From NCBI GenBank assembly GCA_008690995.1, contig VRMN01000004.1, forward strand, positions 682,001 through 746,000: a DNA stretch of 64,000 bases, given 5' to 3'. Position numbers and translations under genes: made by a program. The notes under the pieces are model-generated. The model saw only the letters and a program-made list of their open reading frames with translations, had not been told where the DNA came from and made no database searches. The stretch's first letter is position 1, and every line of letters starts with the position of its first letter. The DNA is from Porphyridium purpureum (taxonomy: Eukaryota). Positions 62,901-64,000 of this stretch are shown one piece after another.

Positions 62901-63134
62901 GTACAACTTGTAACCCTGATACTGTCCCACGAGCGTGCGCGTGGAGAATGCCGGCGCCGCGGCGGCGCTGGCAGCCGCCGTGGTAGCTCCGCGCGCGCGA
63001 TCGCCACGCACGCGGTCTTTGGACAGCTCGGCGTCATTCTCGGTCGGGTCTGCCGCCGCCGCCGCGGTGGCGCCCAGCTTGACCTTCTCCCTCGCGTCGC
63101 GCGCGCCGTTCAGCACCCGGTCCACCAGCTTCAT
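59922..63134 (-). CDS. Formin with two tandem FH2 domains
   Basis: LHWTKV...GSIW...LALGNTLN and VHWTKI...AIW...LQVGNFLN...ALGFKIESM...TKS. Confidence 0.85.
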   Translation of the reverse strand: MKLVDRVLNGARDAREKVKLGATAAAAADPTENDAELSKDRVRGDRARGATTAAASAAAAPAFSTRTLVGQYQGYKLYERTNETKDLVFFDDAGNFAYTADAARFGRKTGIPALNNDDLLKITSFRYVPKAKAGADVANDKSTANEQQQLPYDASRENVFSNSQQALDEARQRKLLALAELDTYDVEQDEAELQRQGHTDAGVAGPVPPQMLEASAATAPPAHAKLQAPPVPMSSATLVTLHWTKVRAEVVPGSIWDRLDVSFVQLDAREIEKLFSVVVKRSDIAQESEQATEILPFQRRLGISIVRSTLNMEPPEILEAARSGSCMNMTEETCTALLSLTPTDTELGDLQAKQYLVDRVDETDAFMLELAREPMLRECVTAALQCITFASNYDALVMRMKVVADACKEVLESTRLGLLLQIMLALGNTLNRDSKTLQNAKAVRIDQVMHLAQARSSRGDLTAFDVLVEVLLVKFPELVSIKTEMKVLYGNVDRLGIDSLKDQYDQFLMSKELVVNIVRQLSTAELRSGYPGIIARLNKFLESSSGGKKAELATKMHAKMNERLEKVMVLFCEKAPKSVSRQTDVFQALVDIGDALMTYQERAAWRRANQIRLGELSPDALAQVSADGDCSSVPLRNVHWTKIGDKLMTPEAIWQRSHSGANIGSDLFDPRVLAFYFGKSTAASVPLAVGSVSSSAAAGIREVLDARRKYMVAILVATIQPTPEQAIAMFLDPRLGLAAEETTVSALAQLAPEEHEIAALLQVPREQLDATEQYVRDLSQSPHAAMMKPKLEAILVMQGFQSNARLVVNDMNIMFRACEEIVRSQRLKRFLAVVLQVGNFLNQNHGNKGSALGFKIESMAGLLRTKSPLKAISLFEYVVRVAQRSARGNTRFESVPLSVELPTVSDAAAKDMETMLRVCSELDASLKTFKALYSSGEVDLSSELAAWEGELQRVRETKHKLEIMLAALCCYLGEKPVGPAAKNLSPARLCRRGAELIQMVHGFCIEEPNIVLTRAIEAYTQGTKRAPLQAGAGKMGAPQQADVVATTRPDGAQRDRTSVAMSFYIRTSAK

Positions 63135-64000
63135 GGCTCTGCCTCAAGGCCCTACTGCATCACATGCACAAAACCCCCCCTTTCCCTGTCCATACACGCT
63201 CTGCCGCTCTCTCTCTCTCTCTCTTCTCCCAACTCGACCTTTTTTGCTGCTGCTTAATAAAGTGCGATAAAAATAGGCCGCGACGCACGTTCTACCAAGC
63301 ACGCTTGAATTCAGTAGGGTACAGTGCGCGACTTTACACGAACAGAACGTCACGCGGCACAAGGCGAGGGAAAGGTGTCAAGTCGACACGCTGGTCGATT
63401 GGATGGCTGGTTGGTTGGTGTTTGAGTGCCGCTCATGAAGGACGGGGGAGAGACCGTGCAGTGACAGCGTCAACTCAAAATGTACGGGCCGCTCGCATGT
63501 TTGCGCGCAGCGCTACTGCGATGTGGCCTGCGCGGAAGAACGCTCAGATAAGTTCGCTTCACGCATTCAAATCTGGCGCGTCCCGCGTGGTTGCTGGCAC
63601 AGACCAGAACCCATGGCGTTTCGGAATTTGGGTTTAAAGTCGTCCTTTTGTCGCCCAGCATTACGAGAGGGCGCAGTCGCAAGCCAAGTGGCTTCATGCG
63701 GCCTTCGGCACGAACAAAAACCTTGTCGGCGGCGCTAATGCGTCCGGAGCGTCCTTCTCCATTCTCGAAATGACACACTCTCCACAAGGCCGAGAAACTT
63801 GCGTGAACGCCAGGAAATTCGCGAGATGTTGCCGCTCGGCATGTAGAGACCAAGCGCTCCAAACGTAGCGCAGCCATTCGAGGCCTTGAGGATGTACACA
63901 TGCAGACCACCCTCAACCGATGCCCGCCCACGAATCTGTTCGCGGCCATTACCCGGCCGTTGCCGAGCGCTTAGCTTTTCTTGAAATTGTGTCGCCACGC

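Noticed and set aside
1..64000. tRNA/rRNA genes or prokaryotic operons
   Set aside because: None recognised by eye; gene content is eukaryotic. A tRNAscan/Infernal run would be needed to exclude small RNAs.

Overview
Eukaryotic, nearly intron-free, gene-dense DNA, most consistent with a unicellular red alga (Porphyridium-like; inferred from plastid-targeted proteins such as cpSRP54 and the lack of introns). Bases 271-19597 are a nest of four young, essentially intact transposons. The first is a Copia (GalEa-like) LTR element at 271-5471. It is followed by a 1348-bp Tc3-like DD34E DNA transposon with 120-bp IR/DR termini, into which two different Ty3/Gypsy elements inserted: a chromodomain-bearing one in the left TIR and a tRNA-iMet-primed one in the transposase. 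Removing both insertions restores an open 337-aa transposase. The most striking signal is that the Copia and the chromodomain Gypsy both lack a tRNA primer-binding site and instead carry a perfect palindrome starting at the last base of the 5' LTR, suggesting tRNA-independent hairpin/dimer priming. Both Gypsy LTRs carry heat-shock elements, and both Gypsy elements use A-AAA-AAC -1 frameshifting. Bases 20051-63134 are host genes. Recognisable ones are proteasome beta-6, APH-1, V-ATPase subunit a, cpSRP54 and a CAMK-type kinase. Unusual architectures include CBM48+SPRY, LRR+receiver+PP2A B'', RNase III+2 dsRBD, a formin with two tandem FH2 domains and a 3987-aa intronless protein with a CHAT/separase-like remnant. 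A probable decayed FkbM-type methyltransferase is also present. All domain calls are by eye from motifs; no searches were run.
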